Below are positions 37,781 through 48,368 of a stretch of DNA of 64,000 bases, in pieces. A program made the translations under genes and the position numbers. Each line of letters opens with the position of its first letter. Positions within the stretch are counted from its first letter, which is position 1. The notes beneath the pieces are model-generated. The model saw only the letters and a list, made by a program, of their open reading frames with translations, was not told the origin of the DNA and searched no databases. Origin of the DNA: Candidatus Thorarchaeota archaeon (GTDB lineage: Archaea; Asgardarchaeota; Thorarchaeia; Thorarchaeales; Thorarchaeaceae); the NCBI GenBank assembly GCA_048884965.1, contig JBHLQH010000015.1, positions 1 to 64,000 on the forward strand, read 5' to 3'.

Positions 37781-38068
37781 TTGGCTAAAAAACGAAAGTC
37801 TGGAGGCCGTTCAAAGGGTGCCTCTGGAAAATCAAAGAACGTTCAATGTTCAAAGTGTGGAAGAATTGTTCCATCAGACAAGGCAAAACGAAGAACCAAG
37901 AGGGTCGCACAAGTAGATCCTCAGCTTGCGCGTGAGCTAAGACAGCAAGGTAGCTTTGTTCCTTCAAAGATAGTAACTCAAACATTCTGTGTTAGCTGTG
38001 CGGTTCACACTGGCAAGGTGCATATTCGTCAGGCAACTGAACGAAAGTCACACCTTGGCAATCGCTAA
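37781..38068 (+). CDS. rps26e: Ribosomal protein eS26
   Basis: KKRKSGGRSK, VQC.KCGR.VP.DKA, CVSCAVH. Confidence 0.95.
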   Translation: MAKKRKSGGRSKGASGKSKNVQCSKCGRIVPSDKAKRRTKRVAQVDPQLARELRQQGSFVPSKIVTQTFCVSCAVHTGKVHIRQATERKSHLGNR

Positions 38069-38147
38069 TTGAAACATACAATGAACGGATCTCAGAGATT
38101 CTCAAGCATTTCTGGTCTATGAACCATCGCATTAGCTGGTACTCCAA

Positions 38148-38735
38148 ATGGCCAACTCGACAGGTCTTAGATTCATAATGGTGCTCCCAGAGATCCAATC
38201 AGATGGTAATTTCCTGCTAAAGGATCTGCCAGGTTCTGGTAAGCGAATAGACATTCTCTGCAGATCACTTGCTGCTTGTTTTGATTGGGCGGCACCTGTT
38301 GGAAGTACAAGATGTTTAGAACTAGTAGCAATCCTCTCTGATAATGTCATCTTGCATTTTACTGCACCAGATAGATGTGAGGAGAAAGGCGAAACTTGGT
38401 GGGCGAGTGCCATCCAATTGGCTCTGAGGGAGAAAGAGCCTCCAGATTTTATTACCATAACAAGGATTAGTCTCGAAGAGTATCTTTTGAAGATTCTAGA
38501 TGACGATAATCGTGTCATTGTACTTGAAGAGGATGGAGAACATCTGGATACGCACTTACTAGAGCGCGCATCACAATACAGTTTTATGCTTGGAAATCAT
38601 GAGGGCTTCGACGAGAATACAACAGAGGTAATAAGAAAACTTCGATTGCCATCTGTTTCGCTGGGGGCTTATAGCTACCTAGGAAGTCATTGCATTGCAA
38701 TAGTAGTATCCGCGTTTGAGAGGCTTGAAAGATGA
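38148..38735 (+). CDS. trmY: tRNA (pseudouridine54-N1)-methyltransferase, SPOUT
   Basis: LKDLPG..KRIDILCR, L.EDG, F.LG.H.G, VSLG..SY..SHCI. Confidence 0.85.
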   Translation: MANSTGLRFIMVLPEIQSDGNFLLKDLPGSGKRIDILCRSLAACFDWAAPVGSTRCLELVAILSDNVILHFTAPDRCEEKGETWWASAIQLALREKEPPDFITITRISLEEYLLKILDDDNRVIVLEEDGEHLDTHLLERASQYSFMLGNHEGFDENTTEVIRKLRLPSVSLGAYSYLGSHCIAIVVSAFERLER

Positions 38736-39082
38736 GTGAAGAAAAAAAGAGCGAGATTCGTCCAAGGGCAATGAATCGATTAGTCAATAAACTGACGAAG
38801 GAAATGCTCTGGATATACATTCTACGGCTCTTACAGGAACGGCCTCATTATGGATATGAAATCAAACAACTTGTTACTGATAGATTCGGATTCTCTCCAG
38901 CCACAGTCAGTGGTTATGCTATCATCTATCGCCTCATAAAGGACGGTCTCATCAATGAACAAAGGAAAAATGATTCTCCCCGGAAATACTATGAGATCAC
39001 TCCCAAAGGCAGAATAGCGATGAAGGAGGCAAAGGATTTCCTCTCAGCCACAATGGATTTGGTATTCGATATAACCGAGTAG
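38732..39082 (+). CDS. PadR-family transcriptional regulator
   Basis: IL.LL.ERP.YGYEI, RKYYEIT.KG. Confidence 0.9.
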   Translation: MSEEKKSEIRPRAMNRLVNKLTKEMLWIYILRLLQERPHYGYEIKQLVTDRFGFSPATVSGYAIIYRLIKDGLINEQRKNDSPRKYYEITPKGRIAMKEAKDFLSATMDLVFDITE

Positions 39083-40024
39083 TTACTTCACAACAATTCG
39101 GTCGGATATTTTCTGCTGGCGTCGATTAAGCTCTTCAGGAGATAGTACGAATTCAGCACAACTCGTTTCCATAACAATACTTGCAGCACTAGAAGCTAGA
39201 GCGGACCGTTCAGTCATGGATTTCTTTTGCAACATCCCTACCACGAAAGCGCCTAAGAAGGCATCAGAAGCTCCAAGAACGTTTCTACGGGTAGAGCGAT
39301 CAAGAGGTACAATATAGAACTCCTCTCCATCATATATTACAGCACCCATGGACGAAACCATAGCAATTCCAATCTCGGCTCCACTCTCCACGATGTATTC
39401 TGCTGCGAGTAGTGGATCGGTTTCGCCCGTTATCATCCGCCAGAGAGGTCGTTCCATCCTAATGATATTGGAATACCCCATAGCTTCGGTGATTTGACTT
39501 GCATTTGGAGTAATATGAACAACTCCAGATTCGTCTGCTCTAACACCCATTCCTTGGACATCTAGTATGATCGTAGCATCAGATGTATCAGAAATCCATT
39601 CGACCAATTCAGAATCTATCTCTCGATATCCTGGTGCTATCACAATGTATTCCGAGTTCAGGAACTCCTCAGGGATGTCACGGATTTTGAGAGCTCTTGC
39701 TGCTCCGATTAGCTCTATGGTTGGTGCTCCGCCATCATCACAGCTGATATGGAATCCACCAGTGCTTGGAGAGTCGATTGCATAGTATTCAGGTATGCCC
39801 AAGATGTCAATATCATTGGCAAATCTATCCCTGAAATCGACTCCAATTGCACCTATTGTCACTATTTCATGGACATTTAGTTTAGCGATAACTTGAGAGA
39901 TATTGATTGCGGGACCAGAAAGGATTCGTTCTTCAGTTTGAAATTCGACAGTTGAAACGGAATTGTAGAGTGGATTTCCAATAACAGCAATTTCATACAT
40001 CAGTGTCTTCATCCTAGCCCTCAC
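39083..40024 (-). CDS. PfkB-family kinase
   Basis: N-terminal GN, LDVQG, LGASDAFLGAF. Confidence 0.8.
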   Translation of the reverse strand: MRARMKTLMYEIAVIGNPLYNSVSTVEFQTEERILSGPAINISQVIAKLNVHEIVTIGAIGVDFRDRFANDIDILGIPEYYAIDSPSTGGFHISCDDGGAPTIELIGAARALKIRDIPEEFLNSEYIVIAPGYREIDSELVEWISDTSDATIILDVQGMGVRADESGVVHITPNASQITEAMGYSNIIRMERPLWRMITGETDPLLAAEYIVESGAEIGIAMVSSMGAVIYDGEEFYIVPLDRSTRRNVLGASDAFLGAFVVGMLQKKSMTERSALASSAASIVMETSCAEFVLSPEELNRRQQKISDRIVVK

Positions 40025-40733
40025 GGGGAATCATTTTGTTTGCATATGCGAGTCTTTGTACGACAGTAATATGTGAAAGAATTCCTGCGATAACAACACA
40101 TAGGGTTAGCACATTGGTGATTTGGATTAGTACGAAGAAGTCTAAGACAGCAGGAGGGAGTAGTAATAGGAAATCAACCCATAGATTGGAACTTGGAAGA
40201 GCCAAAAGTAAAATGCCAACAATTGTTAGGATTAGTTTCTCTTGACGCTCAGCAATACCTACAGAGCAATTCTCCATCCCACCAACAGATTCAGCTTTAG
40301 CGCGACTGAAACTTGCCATAATCATTCCGAACAGGGTGAAGAATCCCCAGAACCAAGGTATGAATGTATCTCCAGGCATGTAGGGCCACCAAGGAATTGA
40401 AACTAGTCCAATGGGACCCCACATAATTCCGAGCATGAAGAAGTACTCAGCATATCGATCAAGAGTGTGGTCAAAGGTGGCACCGAACTTCGAAGATAGA
40501 TTTGCAGCTCTCGCAACTGCGCCATCGAACATATCCATTACTACAGTCAATATCATAATCGCGAGTCCAAGCAAGAGATCACCGATTACAAAGAAGTAAC
40601 AGCTAATAACTGCAACAAGTAGAGTGAGTCCAGTGATCATGTTAGGAGTTATACCAGTCCTAGCAATGATTCGGCCCACTGGCATCATTACCTTTTGATA
40701 TCGTTCTCGTAGCTTGCCAAGCATGATAGTCAC
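40014..40733 (-). CDS. CDP-alcohol phosphatidyltransferase (archaetidylinositol phosphate synthase-like)
   Basis: TPN.IT, DMFDGAVAR...S.FGA.FD..LDR, S..RAKAE, GIAER. Confidence 0.9.
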   Translation of the reverse strand: MTIMLGKLRERYQKVMMPVGRIIARTGITPNMITGLTLLVAVISCYFFVIGDLLLGLAIMILTVVMDMFDGAVARAANLSSKFGATFDHTLDRYAEYFFMLGIMWGPIGLVSIPWWPYMPGDTFIPWFWGFFTLFGMIMASFSRAKAESVGGMENCSVGIAERQEKLILTIVGILLLALPSSNLWVDFLLLLPPAVLDFFVLIQITNVLTLCVVIAGILSHITVVQRLAYANKMIPREG

Positions 40734-40805
40734 TTACCCAGTTACAGCGCGAGCCCTTTGTTGTGCTAATAAAGGTGTTGAGAGAACCATTCTAGGGGAA
40801 GGGGT

Positions 40806-42473
40806 TTATAGTACACTCTCCAGTCTACTTGCAACCCACTCTCGACCCAATAGATTGATGAACGGACCTAGCCTTGGACCGAATTTCTGAGATATCAAGA
40901 TTCGGTAAAGAATCAGGAATGCCCTCTTCTCTTTGATGCCAACATCTCGTGCTTTCTCAAAGGCAGCAGCTTGGATATCATCGTCATCCATCTCACCTGA
41001 GCGAAGTACGTCTGCAAAGGCAACAATGAAGTTCCTATCAGCTTCGGCAAACGTTGACCTAATCTCCTGTGGTACTACATCAGGAATTCTCACCTTGTCA
41101 CGTTCTGAGCCAAACATCTCGACCCAGCCGCGAGCTTGATGAAGACGTTTCTCCATCAATTGCAAAGCTAAGTCAGACACATGATCCAGATTGTGCAGCT
41201 TCATCAAGACGTTCTTCGAACGTTCAATCATAGCCTCTTTGCCAATTGTGCCTTCAAGCTGAGCTGTAAGTGCTGCGAATTTGAATGGTAATTTTGGAAC
41301 ATATCCTTCATCTAACGATCGAGCGGTACTCAGTGGATAGAGTATCTTGGATAGTTCCTTTTGATCGTCAGCAACTTCTTCGAATCCAAAGAAAATTCGT
41401 TCGAATCTGTCAAATTCATCGACCATATCAGGTATCCGATCAGGTTGAATATTGATTGCTCTTGCAAGGTCCGTTTTTAACATTAGAAATCTGTAAAGCT
41501 CAGGAGGGGCAATATCGAGCCAAGTTTTTGGAATGAATACAATCCCTTCGGAAGTACTCATATCACGACCTCCGATTCGAACCCATTCATAGGGGACCTT
41601 TACAGGTCCACACCAACCAAAAACCTTGCGTGATATCTCCAATCCAGTGTCATACGAACCTCCTTTGACAGAGTGATCCTTTCCAGCAGGTTCGCATGAA
41701 ACTTTGTAGATATACCATTTAGCCGGCCAATCGATTCTCCATGATAGTTTCATACGAACTTCAGCGATAGGTAGGGTGTCAGACAAACCGCAAGCAGGAC
41801 ACTCGAAAGAGACAGTATCACGTTCTTGATCATAGATAGTTACCCTATTAGGTACAATCTCGCCCTTCACACCAGCCTGCAATCTACCACATTTTGGACA
41901 TACAACAGAAACAGGGGACCATGTCTTCATTGATTCTAGGTAAGTTTCGCGTTGCTCATCATTGAAATCCTTGGCAACGTACTCGATCATGATTTCTTTG
42001 ATAGTGTCGGTCTTCTGCAAGCAAGTGCGGATGACATCTCGCATCTCTTCTGTTTCATATATGTCGCTATTGTAGACTACTTCAGGATCCACGCCAAAAT
42101 CACTGAATGTGTTTGCTAGCTCATTTGCCCAATGAGCACCAAAGCTTTTGCAGCATCCAAATGGATCAGGAACATCAGAGTAAGGAATGCCAGCCCATTC
42201 TTCCAAATCAAGCGAAACAGAGCTTGGGAAGGACCTAACTGGATCAAAGTCATCTATGATCAGCATCGTACGTGCTTTCTCACCGCGCTTCAGAAGCTCC
42301 CGTTTAATCACATCGCAGATGATGAGTTCACGTAGAATGCCAACATGGATGCTTGCACTTGGACTCTTACCTGCATTCAAGAGGTATTGGTCCTCATTAC
42401 GTTGCAACACTTCTTCAACTACATCTTCTATCCAATGGATAGAGAATTCATCATTCGGAGCTTCCTCTGTCAT
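40806..42473 (-). CDS. lysS: Lysyl-tRNA synthetase, class I
   Basis: HW, SPS..IHVG, KL.WRIDWP.KW, EP.GKDH, MSTS.G, GPRLG. Confidence 0.96.
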   Translation of the reverse strand: MTEEAPNDEFSIHWIEDVVEEVLQRNEDQYLLNAGKSPSASIHVGILRELIICDVIKRELLKRGEKARTMLIIDDFDPVRSFPSSVSLDLEEWAGIPYSDVPDPFGCCKSFGAHWANELANTFSDFGVDPEVVYNSDIYETEEMRDVIRTCLQKTDTIKEIMIEYVAKDFNDEQRETYLESMKTWSPVSVVCPKCGRLQAGVKGEIVPNRVTIYDQERDTVSFECPACGLSDTLPIAEVRMKLSWRIDWPAKWYIYKVSCEPAGKDHSVKGGSYDTGLEISRKVFGWCGPVKVPYEWVRIGGRDMSTSEGIVFIPKTWLDIAPPELYRFLMLKTDLARAINIQPDRIPDMVDEFDRFERIFFGFEEVADDQKELSKILYPLSTARSLDEGYVPKLPFKFAALTAQLEGTIGKEAMIERSKNVLMKLHNLDHVSDLALQLMEKRLHQARGWVEMFGSERDKVRIPDVVPQEIRSTFAEADRNFIVAFADVLRSGEMDDDDIQAAAFEKARDVGIKEKRAFLILYRILISQKFGPRLGPFINLLGREWVASRLESVL

Positions 42474-42523
42474 GGGTCTTTCCTCATGGAATCCATCTAC
42501 TATGTTCTAAAGAATATTTCCAA

Positions 42524-44392
42524 CTAGACCGCGAACTCTGACACGCGAAGATCAGTCCTACTCTGGAATAGCAAGTAGACAGGAACTGCAGCAAGTCCTA
42601 TCACCAATAGGAGGGATGCTAGTATGATAATTGCTGTCAATGGCAAGTATACTAGAGAGGGAATAGCTGCTTCGGGGACCAGGAAGGAGATACTGAAGAC
42701 CATCGCAATTGCAATGGCAGGTATTCCTGCTTTCAATCCAATATCGATTCCTTCTGCCATCATTGTCTTGGCGATGAAGATTGGCTTCGCTCCTACGGAT
42801 CTCATTATAATGAAATCTCGGAATCTACCAAAGATGGATATGAGTAGATAATACATCAAACTGAGAAAGGCACTAAGCAATGCCATGAGTGGCAATGGCT
42901 GCATGAGTCCCCAGAATGATCCAATTATGCTGAGATTTGTTTCCAGAACCTCTTGTTGAAGGTATATACCTAGACCATGAGCATTCGCTGCTTCTTCTAG
43001 ATTTGAGATTACAGAGTTGGAATACCTGGAAAGTTGGACTAGAAGTATATTGCCGCCTGAAACTCCCCAAATGCCAATCATCTCGCTCAAGGGGAGTAAT
43101 GCCATCATGCCACCATTGGCGACATCAAACGCTATCGCCTTTATATCAAATGATACGCCTTTTACACCAAGCGACTGGACCAATGGATCGTCATACATGG
43201 TTGTTGCTACTTGACCTCCAAGCCATGCATCTCTATCCTCTGCAACGACTTCACCTTCAAAGTACCAGTCTGAGAAGGTATTATCCCAGTCAAGCCCCAC
43301 AACAAGAATTGAGCCAGCACGTTGACCACCGATCTGCTCATATTGCTCCAGGGTTGGATTCCAAATGACTGCTGATCCTTCCGAGAAGGTAGTATAATCC
43401 ACTAGACGTGTTTCAACAAGCCCAACACCGGAGATCTCTTGGACTTCATCGATCAAATCCTCAGGGATGATGTCACTAGCTTCAAGGTAGCTGAATGATT
43501 CATTCAAAGGAGATCCATCCAAAGAATAGGCTGAATAGTACTGCTCAAGTAAGTCAGGATTACCAATAGCTACCACATTCTGGCCCATTGATCGTATTAC
43601 ATACGCATCCATAGTTGTTTCAACAATTCCACCACCAATCCAAAGAACAGAGGCCAGTGAGAAACTTAGAAAGAGAGTAAGGATTGTTCTTCGAGTTCCT
43701 TTGATTCTACGTCCAGTCCCCTTTGTAGCAAGCCTAAAGGGAAGACCGAATGTGTCAAGATACCCTACTCGCCGCACTTTTGTGCCAATTTCTGGATTCA
43801 ATGCAACTATTGGAGATTGATGAACAGCATCGAAAATGGGCTGTTGCGCAGAGAAATATCCTGCAAAGAGAAGAATTGCTGCTAGAAATCCAATTTGAAG
43901 CCACGGAAAGATGAATGTGAATTCGACTCCAGCTACTGCAAAAGAAAGCCAGACAAGACCAAGGAAGTACAGGATAGTTCCAGCTGCAATCCCTAACACT
44001 ATTCCTACAAGGAGAAGTATCACTGCTTGAGCCATGAAATGATCGAAGATAGTATCCATTAGAGTGCCAATTGACTTCATTAGACCTATATCCTTCCGTC
44101 TGCTCTCAAGTTCTAATGAAATATTACTAGAAATAACAGCAATTCCTAAGATAAGCACAAGCAAGAGCGTTCCCCAGATGAATGTATCAAAGAATACGGA
44201 GAGAACAGATCCCAATGCATTAGATGTAAAAGCGGCTGTAACGTCCAACATCACATTCGCAAAGAGAAAGAGAAACGTAGTTGCCGCAACAGCGGTTATC
44301 AATGAAATTAGAACCAGAGTGGTTCTAAAAGGACGACGTTTCAAATCCTGCGAAGCGTAATCTTGCTCAGACATCCTCAAATAGCACCCCAT
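42524..44392 (-). CDS. FtsX/MacB-type ABC permease (two TM modules)
   Basis: R.KDIG.MKSIG and R.RDF.IMRSVGA. Confidence 0.88.
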   Translation of the reverse strand: MGCYLRMSEQDYASQDLKRRPFRTTLVLISLITAVAATTFLFLFANVMLDVTAAFTSNALGSVLSVFFDTFIWGTLLLVLILGIAVISSNISLELESRRKDIGLMKSIGTLMDTIFDHFMAQAVILLLVGIVLGIAAGTILYFLGLVWLSFAVAGVEFTFIFPWLQIGFLAAILLFAGYFSAQQPIFDAVHQSPIVALNPEIGTKVRRVGYLDTFGLPFRLATKGTGRRIKGTRRTILTLFLSFSLASVLWIGGGIVETTMDAYVIRSMGQNVVAIGNPDLLEQYYSAYSLDGSPLNESFSYLEASDIIPEDLIDEVQEISGVGLVETRLVDYTTFSEGSAVIWNPTLEQYEQIGGQRAGSILVVGLDWDNTFSDWYFEGEVVAEDRDAWLGGQVATTMYDDPLVQSLGVKGVSFDIKAIAFDVANGGMMALLPLSEMIGIWGVSGGNILLVQLSRYSNSVISNLEEAANAHGLGIYLQQEVLETNLSIIGSFWGLMQPLPLMALLSAFLSLMYYLLISIFGRFRDFIIMRSVGAKPIFIAKTMMAEGIDIGLKAGIPAIAIAMVFSISFLVPEAAIPSLVYLPLTAIIILASLLLVIGLAAVPVYLLFQSRTDLRVSEFAV

Positions 44393-45137
44393 TACTCATC
44401 TTTAGATGACGTACTCCAGGTAGGGCCATGATACGTTCATCGTGTGTCATAACAACAATTGTCTTTTCAGCACGATGAAGCTCCACCAACATGTCGCGAA
44501 TCATTTCTCCTGATTCCAAGTCCAAATTCGCTGTAGGTTCGTCAGCCAGTATTATTGGCGGGTCATTCGCTGTGGCTCTTGCGATTGCCACACGCTGTTG
44601 TTCACCTGAACTAAGTTGCCAAGGAAGGTGATCCAGGCGGTCTTTCAGTTTGACTTTCTCAAGCAGGTTGGTTGCATTTTCCTCTAATTCGGAGCGGGTT
44701 CTCTCAGTGAGTTGCATGGGAAACATTACATTCTCTAATGCTGTGAGAGTAGAAATCAAGTTATAGCTCTGGAAGATGAAACCAGTGTTGCCTAACCGAA
44801 AAGTTGCACGGAATGATTCGTCATAGTCTCCGATTGGTACATCCATAACCAATACACGACCACTTGACGCATAGTCAATACCACCTATTAGATTCAGAAG
44901 TGTTGTCTTACCAGAACCTGAAGGACCACTCACCACGATGAACTCACCGGGTTTCACTTCGAGATTCACAGCCTCCAAAGCAGTTATCGTACGGGGTCCC
45001 AAATTGTATTCTCTAGTCACATCGATGAGCTTGATCGCGAAGTTCACATCATGCGAGAGATCTAGATCCATCTCATCATCGAAATCATACATACCCTCAT
45101 TGGGGCGATGTATTGAATCATCATTCATTTTCTTCAC
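44367..45137 (-). CDS. ABC ATPase, LolD/MacB type
   Basis: GPSGSGKTT, LSSGEQQR, DEPTANLD. Confidence 0.95.
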   Translation of the reverse strand: MKKMNDDSIHRPNEGMYDFDDEMDLDLSHDVNFAIKLIDVTREYNLGPRTITALEAVNLEVKPGEFIVVSGPSGSGKTTLLNLIGGIDYASSGRVLVMDVPIGDYDESFRATFRLGNTGFIFQSYNLISTLTALENVMFPMQLTERTRSELEENATNLLEKVKLKDRLDHLPWQLSSGEQQRVAIARATANDPPIILADEPTANLDLESGEMIRDMLVELHRAEKTIVVMTHDERIMALPGVRHLKMSNGVLFEDV

Positions 45138-45247
45138 ACTCTTTCAAATCGCAAGTGCTCTGGTAAGGACAAAGAATCCTACACTTCATGACCTTCTGTT
45201 TGTCATTCAAGTGCAAAAGATAAAGCTAGGGGTACGACCCCCTAAGC

Positions 45248-45994
45248 CTATACCAGAGCCAAATTCTGTATCGTTGTATGCGCCCATTCAGATAGTATGA
45301 GTGGACGCTCACGTCCAAATACTCGTACTGTATTCAGAATCTCTGCATCAAGCAGTGTTCCTGTGTAGTACGAAATTAGGCTCTTATCCAATGACATGGT
45401 TCGGCTGAGCTCAGCCTGTGTCACGCGACCCTTCTCAAAGACCTCACTAAGGATGGTCCTTATTGTAGGGTTGCGGGAAAGTGCACTCAGTTTCAGAACC
45501 TGATCATCTGGAGAGTAATCTGAGGCAAAGAAGTGCTTAGAATTACCAACCTTGACCGACATTATGTCGTTACACTGTTCCAAGTTTCGCAAGTGGTATT
45601 GCAGCGCACCCATGGCACAACCGACATTTCGCTGGAGCTCTCGGAGATGGATACCTGGATTCTCATATATCTCAAGGACTATCACATCTCGAAGCTTGGG
45701 GGCTTTCTCCTCCGTCTTACGATCTATTACAACCGTCGCTAGTGACAGGGCGAATATCGTAGAGGGTGAGAACGCCTTTGTCAGAATGCCAGGAAAAAGG
45801 ACTGAAGTTCCACTACTGATAGGAGCTGCCAAGGTCTGAAGATTCAGTGACAGGATTCCTCCATTCGAAGAAGGAGACATGTCTTGTACAGCAAAATCAA
45901 TAGTCTGGTTTATTGAGCTGAAATAGAAGAAACTAAAGACACCTGAAGTCACTAATGAGAAGACTAGTATCAAGCATAGTTTCTTAGTCATCAA
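45248..45994 (-). CDS. Membrane-anchored double winged-helix regulator
   Basis: N-terminal TM; ENPGIHLRELQR...GALQYHL..LE; TQAELSR...KSLISYY...L. Confidence 0.8.
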   Translation of the reverse strand: MMTKKLCLILVFSLVTSGVFSFFYFSSINQTIDFAVQDMSPSSNGGILSLNLQTLAAPISSGTSVLFPGILTKAFSPSTIFALSLATVVIDRKTEEKAPKLRDVIVLEIYENPGIHLRELQRNVGCAMGALQYHLRNLEQCNDIMSVKVGNSKHFFASDYSPDDQVLKLSALSRNPTIRTILSEVFEKGRVTQAELSRTMSLDKSLISYYTGTLLDAEILNTVRVFGRERPLILSEWAHTTIQNLALV

Positions 45995-46073
45995 TTACTT
46001 TCAACTCCTGTTCTTGAAGGTATACATTTGCTTATAGGCACTTTGAATGTAGTAAACTCGTACTAATATCACA

Positions 46074-46622
46074 TTAGCCTTTTGGCGGATAGCTTAGCTT
46101 GATATGAAATGAGCAAGCATCAGATCCTGCAGAAACACATGTTTCTTCAATAACAGTAAGGGTCTGAAATTCAATCCTGTTGTAATCTGTAAGATATTCT
46201 AGAACTGATTCGATGAATCCCTTAAGGAAGAAGCAAGAAGGCTCTTTGCTATCATACCCTTCTGCATATGGATTGTCTTTTATCTCAATGATAGCTTCCT
46301 CATCAAGCCAGAGTTTGTAGAGTTTGGCAATCTTGATATCACCAAATGGTACTATGAGGGTTTCCAAAGCCATCTTGATGAACTCGATGATGCCTTTGAA
46401 ATCACCAGGAGGTTTTTGTTTACCAATCTTGAAGTATTCTCTTTGCGCTTCTAGACCCGCTAGTCTGCCAGCACTATAATACAGATCTCGTACACGGTCT
46501 GGAAACATTACTGCTATTCTGCTCCCAATCTTGTTCCACGTCTTGGAGAAGAATGCACGCATTAGATCTCGTTCCTTTAGCTTACCTTGCCACCATGGAA
46601 TGACTTCATCCTGCTTAGACAT
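46074..46622 (-). CDS. V4R-domain protein
   Basis: Y.AG...G, PSCFFLKGFIE, EETC...G...C.F. Confidence 0.8.
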   Translation of the reverse strand: MSKQDEVIPWWQGKLKERDLMRAFFSKTWNKIGSRIAVMFPDRVRDLYYSAGRLAGLEAQREYFKIGKQKPPGDFKGIIEFIKMALETLIVPFGDIKIAKLYKLWLDEEAIIEIKDNPYAEGYDSKEPSCFFLKGFIESVLEYLTDYNRIEFQTLTVIEETCVSAGSDACSFHIKLSYPPKG

Positions 46623-46698
46623 AATCCTGTCACCTTGTGATTCTAGCTGACATTGTCAGCGCTGAATAAGTGCTTTGTGTCGATGAATACTTCTTTCT

Positions 46699-47172
46699 CT
46701 AAGAAAGTCGCACGTTCCAAACGCACTCATCAGAGCCAGTGGCGCGACTCATTTCTTGGAAGACCTTCGATTTGACACCTTTGAACTCTAGTATTGCTTC
46801 CATAATCCCACTAAATACCTCACAATAACCAAAGCCTCTCATTCCCTCAAGAGAGATTTCCTGACACCATACACAATCTCTGTCAGACACTCGAATTGAA
46901 CCTCGAGCCGAATCCATATCGACATCCTGTGGCCTTCGGTCGTAGAGTATCTTATACACAGTATCAATGAGCTTGGATACATCCTCTCTAGTCGTTATTG
47001 TGTCCTTAGTCTTTTCAGCAATCTCTGTATTGAGATATAGCTGAGAGCCAATATCGCGACCGATTTGACGAAGCGCTTCATTTGCTTCTTCAATATTACT
47101 GGTTTCACTCAGCACTTTGTCAACAGTATGTGCATACATCACGTGGAGTAAGGGATTCTCTAGCTTTGCCAT
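46699..47172 (-). CDS. V4R/TRAPP Bet3-like protein
   Basis: L..IG.DIG.QL, CVWC, YCEVFSGIMEA.L, C.W.V. Confidence 0.75.
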   Translation of the reverse strand: MAKLENPLLHVMYAHTVDKVLSETSNIEEANEALRQIGRDIGSQLYLNTEIAEKTKDTITTREDVSKLIDTVYKILYDRRPQDVDMDSARGSIRVSDRDCVWCQEISLEGMRGFGYCEVFSGIMEAILEFKGVKSKVFQEMSRATGSDECVWNVRLS

Positions 47173-47197
47173 AATCTACGACCTCTTGATTTTCGCC

Positions 47198-48175
47198 CTA
47201 CAAGGTCTTACCAATCATCTTGACGACTTTTCGATGCTTTGCAAGGATCTTAATGACCTCTGAATTGGGTACACCTGCAGCCTCTGCAACTTCCTCTGTG
47301 GTCCGGGATCCGTTGCATAGATTAAGGATATCAAGGTCCTCAGAGGGGATTTTCGTGTCATCGCCACTGAACTTGGGACACTTGACAAATTTGCCCATGG
47401 TTGATGGAGCTTTCGTGGTGCTACTCGTTACCTCAGATACAGGTACATCAACGATACCTTTGGCAGCAGCCCATCTCAAGCATTCACTGATCCTCTCGGT
47501 TGGTTGGAACATTGAGTCAGCGATCTGTGTAACATTCATGCTTCCGTCTACCAACATGAGTACATCAAAACCAAAGTTTCGATATTTTGTTTTCATCTCA
47601 CTATACAGATCTGAATCGAGTGAGAGTGCATTCGAGTAGGTAGGACCTCTTTTTGGAACAGTATTCGGTTGGACAATAAAATCATCGGGAGAGCGTTCTA
47701 CTTCAGCGGGAGGCTCCGGTACAATCACTGGAGTGACGGATGTCGTACCCATTGTGAGTTCCTCAGTTGTAGTGGAGGCAGCTTTTATCGCGATGGTTTC
47801 TAGGACTTGCAGGTTGTCCTCGGCAGCATCCTCGAACTCCTCCGGAGGCGGAGGAAGCTCTATGCCTTCAAGCAGTCGCAGGACGTTCTTTGTCTTTGCA
47901 ATAGCTAGTCCTAATTGAAGTTCTGGAACATATAGTACAGTTAGAATCCAATTTTCATCAACAGGCGATAGTACGACAAGACCCTTTTCTGTATCGATGG
48001 TCATGAGTCGTAAATCAGACTTGTATAGATTGATTGAGTCTTTTACCCGAGGAAAAAGATCATCGGGAAAAGCGAAGCTAACAAAGGGCCTTCCACCTTT
48101 TGTCATTAAAGAATATCCAAGTACTTGATCATCAAATCGTAACTTGGACAGGGCTCGTTCCAGATCACTTGACAT
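47198..48175 (-). CDS. Roadblock/profilin-like N-terminus, Pro-rich linker and two wHTH-like domains
   Basis: Paralog of 50016-50939; VDG..NV.QIA and CNG.RT..EVA. Confidence 0.65.
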   Translation of the reverse strand: MSSDLERALSKLRFDDQVLGYSLMTKGGRPFVSFAFPDDLFPRVKDSINLYKSDLRLMTIDTEKGLVVLSPVDENWILTVLYVPELQLGLAIAKTKNVLRLLEGIELPPPPEEFEDAAEDNLQVLETIAIKAASTTTEELTMGTTSVTPVIVPEPPAEVERSPDDFIVQPNTVPKRGPTYSNALSLDSDLYSEMKTKYRNFGFDVLMLVDGSMNVTQIADSMFQPTERISECLRWAAAKGIVDVPVSEVTSSTTKAPSTMGKFVKCPKFSGDDTKIPSEDLDILNLCNGSRTTEEVAEAAGVPNSEVIKILAKHRKVVKMIGKTL

Positions 48176-48368
48176 TATACCCTACCTCACGGTCTCTGCG
48201 GTCACATGGACTTGCACTTACAACATTTATTTCGAAGGCACTCTGAAAAGCATTGTGGTGGTGTAGCTATACCAAAATGCTGCTCATTTGTCCATACAAT
48301 ACCATATTTCAGAAACCATTAAGAGCTCTTGTAGTACGAACCAGTACTAGAAACGAGGCTTAGATAGC

